This document shows positions 27,612 through 37,260 of a stretch of 64,000 nt of DNA, piece by piece. The notes under the pieces are model-generated. The model was not told the origin of the DNA, did no database searches, and saw only the letters and a program-made list of their open reading frames with translations. The stretch is from Bdellovibrionota bacterium. Its GTDB lineage: Bacteria > Bdellovibrionota > Bacteriovoracia > Bacteriovoracales > Bacteriovoracaceae. The stretch lies in NCBI GenBank assembly GCA_040387275.1, contig JAZKDZ010000002.1, forward strand, positions 390,480 through 454,479, in the 5' to 3' direction. The translations under genes and the position numbers were made by a program. The stretch's first letter is position 1. The number at the start of each line of letters is the position of its first letter.

Positions 27612-28874
27612 TTATTCTTTGAAATAAGCGCGTTTCAGTTCTGTGAAGTGTGATTCCTTCAATTTCCCGCGACGGCTACACATCAGGTTTGTGACATCAA
27701 GCTGGTAAGAAACAAATGCTTCTTCCTCTTCGTCATAAAACTCATGATAACAATCCACGAAACCAATCACGTGACCGTACTCGTGACGGATGGTCCACTG
27801 TACATCGTATTCAGAAAGCGGAGTGTTGGCATCCATCGTGATCGTTGTTCCGGGAGCATTGTCCACGTGAGGAGTTGCACCCTCTTCCCACACAATATGA
27901 GTCATGGTGGGATCTTCTGAATCAACGAAATTGAGTTTTAACTGCCAGCCTTCCCACTTCCATTCATCTTCGATGTTATCGCGGAGGAAACTGAGAACAG
28001 CATCGTTTTTAGGATTGGCGAACGGGAAGATAAGGGAATTCGGATCGGCCGAAGTCCACACGCCATCCGGACGCGTTCCTGCAATCGTGAAGAAGTAATT
28101 GTAGAGACCTTCGCCTGCCGGCATATATTGATTCTTAAAATCCACCAGAGATTTATTGGCGAGAGCTGCGTTCAATTCCTTACGACAGTCTGGTCTTTTC
28201 TTTTCCGAGTTCATGCAGACCATGATGAGACTTCTCGTGAGACGGGATTGCTTGAGATCAGAAAGGTTTTCAAAATCAGAAAGTTTCGCATCGAGATTTT
28301 CTTCATCAGAAAGTTGAAGGTAACCGCGAACATCATAGGCAGCCTGCCCTTTCATTTCCTCGAGGTAAGGAAGCATGAGTTTATAGCGGGCAGCGATCTG
28401 ATAAGCGGAATCAATCTGGAAAAGCCATTCCATGAATTCTCTGTCAGTCACACCGAGATCAGTGGTGAATGGTTTTCCTTCAAGGACAACAGCTTTAAGT
28501 GATTTAGGGAGAAGGTCAGAGACGACTCCCCATTTTTCCTTGATCAGTTTAAAATTATAAAAGCGCGGGGCCGAAGGACCATTTCCATTCTGGGTAGCAG
28601 CTGAGGAAAGAGAAAGTTGTCTGTCCGCAGATCTTGAAGCATTAACGAAATCCACCCACTGAAGATTTCTTTTTCCGATCGCAAGCCAGCGCTCGATCTG
28701 AACTTCTTCTTCTGTCATGATTTTTTTATTGGTTGTCTTAGACGGTGTTTTCGAAAGAAGATCGAGATACTCACGACCCGTCAGCTCCAGATCAAGATGA
28801 TGTTTATGTGAAGGAAGGGCCAGGGCAGCTGTAGAAATAAAAAGAGTCCCGAGAATAAGTGTTGTCCGAAACAT
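27612..28874 (-). CDS. Secreted zinc metalloprotease-like protein (HExxHxxGxxD motif)
   Basis: Signal peptide MFRTTLILGTLFISTAALA. Near the C-terminus, HEYGHVIGFVD is a snapalysin-type zinc-binding motif. Confidence 0.45.
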   Translation of the reverse strand: MFRTTLILGTLFISTAALALPSHKHHLDLELTGREYLDLLSKTPSKTTNKKIMTEEEVQIERWLAIGKRNLQWVDFVNASRSADRQLSLSSAATQNGNGPSAPRFYNFKLIKEKWGVVSDLLPKSLKAVVLEGKPFTTDLGVTDREFMEWLFQIDSAYQIAARYKLMLPYLEEMKGQAAYDVRGYLQLSDEENLDAKLSDFENLSDLKQSRLTRSLIMVCMNSEKKRPDCRKELNAALANKSLVDFKNQYMPAGEGLYNYFFTIAGTRPDGVWTSADPNSLIFPFANPKNDAVLSFLRDNIEDEWKWEGWQLKLNFVDSEDPTMTHIVWEEGATPHVDNAPGTTITMDANTPLSEYDVQWTIRHEYGHVIGFVDCYHEFYDEEEEAFVSYQLDVTNLMCSRRGKLKESHFTELKRAYFKE

Positions 28875-28956
28875 GCGTGTTCCTTGAAGGAGTTTTGCTA
28901 CTCCTTACCAAGGGCATTTTGGAATCGCACCTAAATAACCTTTAATTGTAAACCTT

Positions 28957-29661
28957 TCAGAAAGTCTTATGGACAAGGATCATGCCCCCGTCGTCAACCG
29001 GAACGGGCATGAAGGAAACTTCGTCTGATTTCACGCCCTGGCTGACTAAGGCCCAATAGGTCCCTATAAAGGCCCCTCCGACGAGATCCCCTGCCCAATG
29101 TTTATTTTCATTGATCCGGGAAAGAGCGACCAGAAGGGCCGCCGAATAACCGGGAACAGCACCGGCCAGACCATAACTTCCGGCAAGACTTCCGGCGAGA
29201 GCAAACATGGAACTGGTATGACCGGAAGGCCACGAAGCCTTGTTACTATGATCGGGCCTTTCTCTTCGCACAACTGTTTTAAGAATGCCGGTTGAAAGGG
29301 AAGTAAAAATCAGGGCGCGACTCATTTTCACAGCTTCAGGAGAATCAAAATAAAGAAGTGTGGCGGCCGCGCCCACTTCGAGCCAGCCATTGGAAATCAA
29401 GCTGACGTTTCTTGAATCTTTCTTACCCATGAGTAAGTTTCCGTGTTCTTCGCGATAATTTCTGACTTTACGATCATAAGGTTGAATTGCGACCGTACCG
29501 AGAAAAGCTCCACCCAGGAGTGAGAGATGCGAGGGCTCCCCTGCTTCTTTGAACATGGGTTTAATCTGATCCTGCCAGCTCCATTTAAAAAATGGCTTAC
29601 CACCGGTTGGATCTTCGTAAGCGAATGCAAAATTCAAGAGGAAAAGTAATAGTATTGGCAT
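28957..29661 (-). CDS. PAP2-family lipid phosphatase (candidate lipid A / undecaprenyl-PP phosphatase)
   Basis: PAP2 motifs KVRNYREEH (KxxxxxxRP-like), SWPSGHTSS (PSGH) and SRINENKHWAGDLVGGA (SRxxxxxHxxxD). Multi-TM. Confidence 0.75.
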   Translation of the reverse strand: MPILLLFLLNFAFAYEDPTGGKPFFKWSWQDQIKPMFKEAGEPSHLSLLGGAFLGTVAIQPYDRKVRNYREEHGNLLMGKKDSRNVSLISNGWLEVGAAATLLYFDSPEAVKMSRALIFTSLSTGILKTVVRRERPDHSNKASWPSGHTSSMFALAGSLAGSYGLAGAVPGYSAALLVALSRINENKHWAGDLVGGAFIGTYWALVSQGVKSDEVSFMPVPVDDGGMILVHKTF

Positions 29662-30251
29662 CAGAAGACCATCATACCAAAAGTCACCGAGGCACTGAAA
29701 ATTTTCACACTGCTGAGATCCGTGCGGAAAACTTCCGTCGGAACAGAGCCATCATCGCGAATGCCGCGTGCTTTATCCAGCGACTGATAACTGAGAGAAG
29801 TTTCCCAGAACCATGTTTCGTGAAATTTCCCCAGTGAAAATCCAATCACAGGACCTGTGTAAATGACTCTGGAGGATTTCGTTTTCCGGTAAACGTCGGG
29901 AGTATCATCGGTATAAAAGACTGTAGGTGCTTGTCCGGCAAAAACACGGATGTAGTAATCATCCGGAAGTTTTCGTTTAAGTCCCAACGTGAGAGCTGTG
30001 TCCCAGATAAGAGTGTCGTGAATCTTGACAAATTTTACGAATGATCCCGCCTCAATCGCCCAGACTTTCTTGAATGAGTAACCAAAGTCCGTCTTGAAAT
30101 GAAGACCTGCGCCCAGACTGTCTCCACTCGTATGATAAACGGAAAGATTCGGTCCTCCCCCGACATACATATGAAGTCCTTCTTTCCAGGGATCATCCTG
30201 AGAAAGAACGGGAAGAGAAATGAAGAAAAGAAGGAGAAGAAGCTTTTTCAT
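29661..30251 (-). CDS. Small outer-membrane beta-barrel protein (OmpW/PagL-like fold, putative)
   Basis: Signal peptide, alternating amphipathic beta-strands and a C-terminal ...TFGMMVF aromatic terminus typical of OMPs. It overlaps the PAP2 gene start by 1 nt. Confidence 0.4.
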   Translation of the reverse strand: MKKLLLLLFFISLPVLSQDDPWKEGLHMYVGGGPNLSVYHTSGDSLGAGLHFKTDFGYSFKKVWAIEAGSFVKFVKIHDTLIWDTALTLGLKRKLPDDYYIRVFAGQAPTVFYTDDTPDVYRKTKSSRVIYTGPVIGFSLGKFHETWFWETSLSYQSLDKARGIRDDGSVPTEVFRTDLSSVKIFSASVTFGMMVF

Positions 30252-30844
30252 TCAAAGCTCCGTGAAACATAAAAGCCGCCACTCTTGCCATCAGTCCACG
30301 TAACGCCTTCTAACTCCGGATCGAGTTTTTTCAGGAGGCGGAAAGGATTTACGATAGTACCGAGAGTTTTTCCCCACCACGTATTTGTTTCATAAAGTTT
30401 GTCAGAAACTTTTTCCACACCGAGACCCAGAAGTGTTCCGTAAACAGGAGTTTGATAAATATCCTGCCAGCTCGGTCTTTCGGTCACCGTCTCAATCGTA
30501 AATTCGAATGCGAGTGAGGAAACAAAAGACCAGAGAAAGGCATCGACTTTGGTATAACCGCGGGCGCGATAAAATAAAAAATAAGAAGCACCGGAAAGAG
30601 AATGCTGGAAAATATTGTAATCGAAACTGTCGTTATCAAAATGCGGGCTGGTGGGATAGGAAATCCAGTTTTTGAGAGAGCCATGTTTTTCAATCGCTGG
30701 TCTCTGAGTAGCAAGATAGACCGTCCACTGCGTTCCATAAACCACGCCAAAATTCGCCATCCTCTCATAGGAGGAAACACGATGTTGGGCGAAGGCCGGA
30801 GTTGTCAGGAAAAAAACGAGGAGAATTCCCCGGAGAATTTTCAT
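30248..30844 (-). CDS. Secreted hypothetical protein (first gene of OMP/PAP2 operon)
   Basis: Signal peptide MKILRGILLVFFLTTPAFA. Its stop overlaps the downstream OMP gene start by 4 nt. Confidence 0.35.
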   Translation of the reverse strand: MKILRGILLVFFLTTPAFAQHRVSSYERMANFGVVYGTQWTVYLATQRPAIEKHGSLKNWISYPTSPHFDNDSFDYNIFQHSLSGASYFLFYRARGYTKVDAFLWSFVSSLAFEFTIETVTERPSWQDIYQTPVYGTLLGLGVEKVSDKLYETNTWWGKTLGTIVNPFRLLKKLDPELEGVTWTDGKSGGFYVSRSFE

Positions 30845-30924
30845 TCGAAGAAACTAAAGGAAGATTCGGCCTGCGACAAGGGTTGAGATATCTCTTATGA
30901 TTACGTTAAGGATAAAGTTTTGAG

Positions 30925-30952
30925 AGTAAAAGAAAGGGGCCTTTCGGCCCCC
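30925..30952 (-). terminator. Rho-independent terminator of flotillin gene
   Basis: The minus strand reads GGGGGCC-GAAA-GGCCCC-TTTCTTTT, immediately after the stop at 30957. Confidence 0.75.
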
Positions 30953-30956
30953 GTGT

Positions 30957-33044
30957 TTATGAAATTGTTTTTGACTGTATTGTTTTTGCCTGCTCAGGCG
31001 AAAGCATCTTCGCAAGAAGAAGGTTAATGAGCCCACTGCTTCCTTCGCCCTGATTGCCCTGAACAAGAACGTCCGGAGTGATTTTGAGACCCGCGGCCGC
31101 AATCTGTTTTGTGACTTCTACCGCCGTTACACCTTCAGCTGTGAGAGCAGCGACCTGTTCGCGATAAGCTTTGGCGATCGCTTCCCCTTTCGCGAGAACA
31201 ACTGAAGCCTCAGCATCACCAATCTGTTTTGTTTTTGTCGCTTCAGCTTCAGCTGACATTTTTACCCGGACCATATCACCGCGGGCGCGCTCTTCCATCT
31301 GGCGGGCCTCATGCTGGGCAACCTTGATTCCGGTTTCAGCTGTGATGATAGAAAGCTGGGCATCGGCTTCGGCTTTCGTCTTTTCAAATTCAATACGTCT
31401 TTGTTCAGCATCTTTCTTGGCATCGAACATGGATTTTTCCTGCTCAGCTAAGTTTTTCTGCTGAGTGGTTTTCATGAGCTGTTCCGGAAGATGAATATTC
31501 GTGATCATGACAGAAACGACTTCCACTCTGTACTTATTGAGATCGGCCTTGACTGCTTCTTCAGCGGCCTTCTGTTCTTCTGCTCGGTTCTGCTGATAAG
31601 AAATCGCTGGAGATCTGGAAACCTGAGCACGGAAAATCCCGTCAATCTGCGGATGAATCACGTTGGCCTCAAGTTCTTTGATAGAACCGAGTTTCTGAAC
31701 AACATAAGGAGCGTTTTCCGGAAGAATCCGGTACTGACAGCGGACTTCTACCTGCATAGGAAATCCGTCATGGGAGACAACCTGAAACGGATCGAATTTA
31801 TCTGACGGCGGAGTGATTTTATTGCTCCCCATTTTGACAGTGAGATTATCCTTGGCCGCTGGCTCTCTGTCGCCTTCTCCACTCCAGTCAACTGAACGAG
31901 TAGTTGTAGGAATAATAATGACAGCGTACGCGAGTGGATTGATGTTGTAGGCACCTGGGCCCAGAACATCACGCTGGATACCGCGGTAGCCACTCGGGAC
32001 TACGTGGCGCGGGTTCGATGCTTCAGCATTATTATCGCCGGCGAATTCAGCAGGATCTTTTCCGATGTTTGAAATAAGAACGGCAACCTGTCCCTGAGCA
32101 ACAATTGTCTGACTTCTTTTAGAAACTGAAAAGAGATAAGGATTGATATAGTACGTACCCGGAGTGAGAACTGTTTCCTGAGGTCCGCGCTTCCCTTTTC
32201 CGTCGAGAAACTTCTGACCGTTCTGGAAATTGTTATGGCCTTCAGGTGTCGCCACGACAACTTCATTTCTTTTCATCGATTCACCGTCTCTTGCTTCGAC
32301 GATTCCGATTTCATTTTCTGCAATCGCAACTGCAGGTTTTATCTCAACGACAAAAATCTCGGTATTGATGTTGTAAGTACCCGGACGAAGAAAGTCGATC
32401 TGAGGACCTTTCTGTCCGCCCTGCTGGAAAAATACATCGGCATTCTGGAAGTTATCATGTCCTTCAATCGAGCGACCAAGGAGCTGGCCTGCGGGAAGTG
32501 CCCCACCATCAGTTGCCGTGATGACACCGATTGAACCTTCAGAAATAAAAGTCTTTTTGATTTTGGTAACTTTAAAAAGGGCCGGATGAATCTTGAAAGT
32601 TCCGTTGGTGAGAAAGCGAAGCTGCTTCCCGCGGATTCCGCCGTTTTCAAGAAACGAAACAGGGTTCTGAAAATTATCATGAACTTTTCCGGCAGGATCA
32701 TCAGCGAAAATACGTCCGGGAGGTAGGGATTCTCCATCAGTCGCTTCTACGATTCCCAGCTCATCAGAATTAATGCTGACGAAGTAGTATTTATCTACGA
32801 GCTTAGTGACGGGCCAGAGAATGAAATGAAGTCCTGGGGCCAGATAAGAAGCTTTGAGACCCACTTCATTATTAAGAGCAAAGACTCTCCCCTTCTCGAG
32901 TTCTTTCCCCACGAACTGTCTTTCAACAATCGCGATCTCATTAGAGCCAACATTGACCAGGAATTTGAAAACGAGAAAAACCACCAGTCCCGCGAGAACA
33001 GCAAAGACAAGTAATCCACTCAGATTAGCGTTCAGAAATTCCAT
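30957..33044 (-). CDS. Flotillin/SPFH (band 7) family protein, YqiK-like, with internal tandem repeats
   Basis: An N-terminal TM helix is followed by an SPFH start (IAIVERQFVGKE...PGLHFILWPV). Three to four ~75-aa repeats each contain GHDNFQN...PGTYNIN. The C-terminus is a flotillin-type EA/K-rich coiled coil (AEQRRIEFEKTKAEADAQL...). Confidence 0.75.
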   Translation of the reverse strand: MEFLNANLSGLLVFAVLAGLVVFLVFKFLVNVGSNEIAIVERQFVGKELEKGRVFALNNEVGLKASYLAPGLHFILWPVTKLVDKYYFVSINSDELGIVEATDGESLPPGRIFADDPAGKVHDNFQNPVSFLENGGIRGKQLRFLTNGTFKIHPALFKVTKIKKTFISEGSIGVITATDGGALPAGQLLGRSIEGHDNFQNADVFFQQGGQKGPQIDFLRPGTYNINTEIFVVEIKPAVAIAENEIGIVEARDGESMKRNEVVVATPEGHNNFQNGQKFLDGKGKRGPQETVLTPGTYYINPYLFSVSKRSQTIVAQGQVAVLISNIGKDPAEFAGDNNAEASNPRHVVPSGYRGIQRDVLGPGAYNINPLAYAVIIIPTTTRSVDWSGEGDREPAAKDNLTVKMGSNKITPPSDKFDPFQVVSHDGFPMQVEVRCQYRILPENAPYVVQKLGSIKELEANVIHPQIDGIFRAQVSRSPAISYQQNRAEEQKAAEEAVKADLNKYRVEVVSVMITNIHLPEQLMKTTQQKNLAEQEKSMFDAKKDAEQRRIEFEKTKAEADAQLSIITAETGIKVAQHEARQMEERARGDMVRVKMSAEAEATKTKQIGDAEASVVLAKGEAIAKAYREQVAALTAEGVTAVEVTKQIAAAGLKITPDVLVQGNQGEGSSGLINLLLAKMLSPEQAKTIQSKTIS

Positions 33045-33117
33045 AGGCCTCCCATTAAATTAAAGATTATTTTAATGAGGAAGCGCGGGAATAGGAGGAG
33101 AGAAAATTACTCCCTAC

Positions 33118-33576
33118 TCAGCGCATAAGGAGCTCTTTACAGAGGGTATATTGGGCCTTCGACTTGATCGCGCTATCAGGACAATAAGTGTCTTTCATTT
33201 TTTTTCTGAGTGCCACGGGATCATAATCAGGTGGAGTGACACATTTAAAATAAGATTCAACGTAATAGGCCTCAGCGTGATTATTCACGGCCAGAGGTTG
33301 AGTCGCTGTACGCGAGCACCAGCTGAACTGACTGAGCTGAAGAATAGGAACAGCGATATCCATCGGCATTTTCTTCTGAAGTTTTTTGAAGTTCACAACA
33401 TAGCGATAAGTAAAATTCTGCTCTTCCTGACTGCGCTCAATTGGTACACCTTCCATCCCCTTCTCGAACTCCCTTTCCTCAATCACATTCCCATTCGGAA
33501 AACGCGGAAAAAAATCGGCTTTCGTCGCCTGGGCCAGGACTTCACCACAAAAGAAGATAAGAAGAAGTTGAATCAT
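33118..33576 (-). CDS. Secreted hypothetical protein with four Cys
   Basis: Signal peptide MIQLLLIFFCGEVLAQA. No recognisable domain. Confidence 0.4.
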   Translation of the reverse strand: MIQLLLIFFCGEVLAQATKADFFPRFPNGNVIEEREFEKGMEGVPIERSQEEQNFTYRYVVNFKKLQKKMPMDIAVPILQLSQFSWCSRTATQPLAVNNHAEAYYVESYFKCVTPPDYDPVALRKKMKDTYCPDSAIKSKAQYTLCKELLMR

Positions 33577-33679
33577 GCTGTGATTTTATCAGGGGGCAGT
33601 CACCCCCTGAGGAAAACACGACAATTCATGAAGATAGAGAGTGATTTACGCCGAAAAATGGCAATAAAAGTGGGAACTC

Positions 33680-34954
33680 TTACTGCTTTTTACGGTACAG
33701 CCGGAACTGAACCTTACGATTCTTCCATTCTTCCGGGTCCTGAATCGCATTGTCCCCATAACCCACCGTTGTCATGAGGGCGGCAGGGACCCCTTCACTC
33801 TGAAGAAGGAGAAGAACTGCCTGCGTGCGTTTCTGTGAGAGAAGTTCGTTGGCGACAGGATTCCCGCGGGTACTGGCGTAACCTTCGATCACAATCTTAG
33901 AGAGAAATTTTCCGATCTTTTTATACACGCGAACAATTTTTAAAACTTTCTCGCGCTCAACCGGAGTGACAGAGGATTTTCCGTTTTCAAAATAAATATT
34001 ATCCGTTTCAAAGAGAGATCCGAACTGAGCTTCCTGACTCCGGACCTGGGGTTTCGCTACAGGAGCAGGAGCTTCTTTTTTTACCGGTGGCTGAACCGGA
34101 GCTTTCACAACAACCGGAGCTGGTGGATTGGCATCTGACCATTTGAAACCAACAAAGACCGTGTATTGTCTGCGTTCTGCTTTTTCCGCTCCGGCAAGTC
34201 CTGCTCCTCCGTAGAGAGAAAGGCGTTCACTCATTTTATCTTTCAGAGTGAGATAATAATCTCCTTCATCCTGGCGATTATCAGAACTCAGGGTGAAGTT
34301 TCTCACCACTTCAAAATTTGCGTTCCAGTCAGTTGAGAGATCATACGAAATCCCAAGTTGAGTCAGAAGAAGGTTTCTCTGATCGACGATTTTGTATTTA
34401 TTTTCCGGCGCGTGTGAGTAACCGAGGGATCCCAGGAAGTGCCAGCTCTCAATTGCCTTCTCAAGCACGGCCCGCACTCCACCAGTCACACTACGGGCGG
34501 TCGTGTAATTTTCTTTTTTACCGGAAGGAAGTGTGAGGAAAGGATTCAGCGAAAGTCCGTAATGATTTCCACGATCAGTGAGAAGATATTTCGCCCGCAA
34601 ATTCGTATCTCCCATTGAGAGATAAGATTCTTCCAGCACTTTGTTCTGAACTGCGACTCCATCAATTCCCAGAGTGAGTGCATCGTTCACATAATGGGAG
34701 TAACCAAGAGTGAGGACGTTATTGTATTTAATAATGTCTTTGGTGACCTTGCTGACATTTTCATTCGTCGTATAGAAAGGACTTCTCACAAAAGCATAAC
34801 TTCCAAGAAAAATATTTGTCCCGCGAAACCGCTCAACCGAAGTGTCCTCAAGAAGTGAATACCGATAACTGTCGGTGAACTGATGCCCCTTGAGATCAAG
34901 GGCGAAAACAGTGCCGGGAAGAAGAAGGGCCAGAAGTGATAAGCGGGTTAACAT
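33680..34954 (-). CDS. OmpA-family outer membrane protein (N-terminal beta-barrel, P/A/V-rich linker, C-terminal OmpA_C peptidoglycan-binding domain)
   Basis: The C-terminal NIYFENGKSSVTPVEREKVLKIV...IVIEGYASTRGNPVANELLSQKRTQAV...GYGDN is the OmpA-like consensus. Confidence 0.75.
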   Translation of the reverse strand: MLTRLSLLALLLPGTVFALDLKGHQFTDSYRYSLLEDTSVERFRGTNIFLGSYAFVRSPFYTTNENVSKVTKDIIKYNNVLTLGYSHYVNDALTLGIDGVAVQNKVLEESYLSMGDTNLRAKYLLTDRGNHYGLSLNPFLTLPSGKKENYTTARSVTGGVRAVLEKAIESWHFLGSLGYSHAPENKYKIVDQRNLLLTQLGISYDLSTDWNANFEVVRNFTLSSDNRQDEGDYYLTLKDKMSERLSLYGGAGLAGAEKAERRQYTVFVGFKWSDANPPAPVVVKAPVQPPVKKEAPAPVAKPQVRSQEAQFGSLFETDNIYFENGKSSVTPVEREKVLKIVRVYKKIGKFLSKIVIEGYASTRGNPVANELLSQKRTQAVLLLLQSEGVPAALMTTVGYGDNAIQDPEEWKNRKVQFRLYRKKQ

Positions 34955-34961
34955 GAGATCT

Positions 34962-34991
34962 CCAAAAAAAAAGCCCCTCCGAAGAGGGGCC
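34962..34991 (-). terminator. Rho-independent terminator of the large lipoprotein gene, immediately followed by RBS/ATG of the OmpA gene
   Basis: The minus strand reads GCCCCTC-TTCG-GAGGGGC-TTTTTTTTT-GGAGA-TCTC-ATG. Confidence 0.8.
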
Positions 34992-35020
34992 GCAAGTTCT
35001 TGAGAATTATCTCTTGATGA

Positions 35021-37165
35021 CTAGTGACAAGCAACCGGCTTTTTCACCGAAAGCTTCATCTGAGGCATATTCCGGAGGCGCGTATCGTCTGAGAAGACGA
35101 AATTCACTGCTCCACCCATGAGAGACTGAACTTCAGGCTTCTCCATGGAGAAAAGAGCGCGGATGGAAAGTGAACGAACCATCGTAAAGCAAGTGTAGTT
35201 ACCGCATGAAGCTGAAGTCTTCTCGAATTCCTCTTCATAGAGTGTCGTTACCGGTGTCGGATGCTGATCCCAGAATTTCGGGTTACGTAGTTTCTGCCAG
35301 CTGGCGAGAGTAAAGCCACGTCCTGAGCACGTGCGGATTTTATTCGTTGTGAGACAAAGAGATTCAGTATCCTTGTAACCATCCTGGATAACTTTCGTCA
35401 CATCCAGAACAAGTTCAGCACCCATCAGTTCTTCTTTATTTCCCAGTGCCGGAACATCGAAGCTGACATAAACCTGGCCGTTTTTCACGGTGTAGCGGTT
35501 AAGGTCAGGAATGCGTGAGTTCGTTGCTGTTCCGTAGAGGATCGAAAGTTTCGCTGTCGTTCCCGCCGTTGCCGTGAGGTAAGGGAAAGCGATGCCTGCA
35601 GAATTGGCCCCCGGTCTTGCTGAAATCAATCTCTCTTCCACACGGAAACATCCCGTCGCTTCTTCTTTTCCATCGCCCACAAGAGCGAGGTTAAGAGGAG
35701 TGCTTCCGTTTCTTACGAGTGAAAGAACTCCGTTGAAATGACCTTTTTTCGCAGGAAGAAAAGAAAGCTCAATAGTACAGCTTCCCGGAAGAATGATTTT
35801 TCCGCACGTCCCCTTCGCTCCCGGATATGTTCCCCCGCTCATGGTGAAACCTTCTCCTGAGATAATTTCGTTATCGAGCTGAACCGGAGCCTCTCCGATA
35901 TTTTTTACTGTGACAAGTTTCCGTGATTCAGCACCGACTGCGATTGTACCGAAATTAAGACTCTCACCCTGAACACCTTCAAAAACAATCTGGCCTGGTG
36001 AAAGTGGTTTTTCTAAGGTCTCACCTTTCAGGGGAACTTTGATTACTTTGAGCGGACCAGTTGATGTGCCCGCCGAGATTTTCACAGTGTCCTTATGTTT
36101 GCCGACTGATGTTGAAGCATAAGATGTTTCGATTTCACACTTGGCACCCGGAGCAAGACTCGCAGGACAATTGTGGATGATAGCGAAAGGAGCTCCACCA
36201 ACAAGTTCCACTTTAATTGTTGAATCAGTTGCACCTTTATTTTCAACGATGATCTTGTCTTTTCTTACCGGTGAATCAATCACTGCTGATCCGAAATCAA
36301 TTTCACTGCTACCGCCGATACTTGTTGCCGTCACATCAGTAGCGGGTGGCGCCGGAGGAGCAAGACGCTCTCCGATCAGAGGAATACGGATTGTTTTTTC
36401 TTTTGCCGGATTAGATTTCGGAGCAAACGTCACAATGAGTTCGTCCTGGAATCGTCCCGGAACATCTGAGAAAAATTCGATATCAATTTCACATCCACTC
36501 TGACCCTGCTGGGATTCAGTACAGTTTCCGTTTGTTCCGGGGAAAGTGCCGCCGTTAAAGCGGAAGTGCTCACCTTTCGCAAAACGATAAGTAATAATCA
36601 TTTCATCCGGATTCGGATTGGTCTGAGTAACCTGGATATTTCCATTCGATCCAGTTATTGAAATTTCAATAACTGTTCCGCCATTTGATGGCTGAATAGT
36701 AGGTGGCTGAGAATCTCCTGAGAGACGCTTACCTTTCAGGGGAACAAGACGGGTTTTCTTGAGCTCTGGCTTACTCTTCATTGAACTTACGATCACTAAG
36801 TTGTCGTTATACTCACCAGGTTCAGTGGCGAAGAATTCAATATCAAGTACACAATTTTTTCCGGCCTCAAGATTCCCCGAACAACTTCCGCTCTTGAAGC
36901 GGAAATGCTCACCCTTCTGGATGGAATACTCAGTAAGGAGTTCATCCGGATTTTTATTAAGAACTGTCAGCTGACCGTTGATGGTATTTTCATTTGTTGT
37001 GACCGAGAGATATCCCCCACCATCAGGGTTGGTGACCGAAGGATCAGAAAAGGGATCCCCTGTGACGGCAGGTGAGAAACTTAGTCCCTTTGATGAGTCA
37101 GTGAGATGTGGGTTACCACAAGCAGTAAGCATCATTAGAGTAAGAAGAAAGGAAATAGCTTTCAC
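35021..37165 (-). CDS. Large surface lipoprotein with repeated Ig-like/beta-sandwich modules (choice-of-anchor-D-like)
   Basis: Lipobox LTLMMLTACGN. At least three ~90-aa repeats share a GEHFRF...CxxxxExxxC...IEFFxxxPG pattern, and the C-terminal region is Cys-containing. Confidence 0.45.
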   Translation of the reverse strand: MKAISFLLTLMMLTACGNPHLTDSSKGLSFSPAVTGDPFSDPSVTNPDGGGYLSVTTNENTINGQLTVLNKNPDELLTEYSIQKGEHFRFKSGSCSGNLEAGKNCVLDIEFFATEPGEYNDNLVIVSSMKSKPELKKTRLVPLKGKRLSGDSQPPTIQPSNGGTVIEISITGSNGNIQVTQTNPNPDEMIITYRFAKGEHFRFNGGTFPGTNGNCTESQQGQSGCEIDIEFFSDVPGRFQDELIVTFAPKSNPAKEKTIRIPLIGERLAPPAPPATDVTATSIGGSSEIDFGSAVIDSPVRKDKIIVENKGATDSTIKVELVGGAPFAIIHNCPASLAPGAKCEIETSYASTSVGKHKDTVKISAGTSTGPLKVIKVPLKGETLEKPLSPGQIVFEGVQGESLNFGTIAVGAESRKLVTVKNIGEAPVQLDNEIISGEGFTMSGGTYPGAKGTCGKIILPGSCTIELSFLPAKKGHFNGVLSLVRNGSTPLNLALVGDGKEEATGCFRVEERLISARPGANSAGIAFPYLTATAGTTAKLSILYGTATNSRIPDLNRYTVKNGQVYVSFDVPALGNKEELMGAELVLDVTKVIQDGYKDTESLCLTTNKIRTCSGRGFTLASWQKLRNPKFWDQHPTPVTTLYEEEFEKTSASCGNYTCFTMVRSLSIRALFSMEKPEVQSLMGGAVNFVFSDDTRLRNMPQMKLSVKKPVACH

Positions 37166-37260
37166 ATGGCCTCCGGAGAATAATTACGAACAGCTTAACA
37201 AAACTTAAGTTTCGGGCCGACCGGAATGTACTATTTACAAGGCCGTCTAGAGTTCAGACA

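Noticed and set aside
29661-30251. Specific call of the 196-aa OMP as PagL lipid A deacylase
   Set aside because: The size and genomic context fit. I could not identify the catalytic His/Ser motif with confidence, so I kept the call as a generic OM beta-barrel.
33151-33777. 208-aa +strand ORF spanning the secreted protein gene and the OmpA 3' end
   Set aside because: It overlaps two well-supported minus-strand genes, and its composition is not protein-like.
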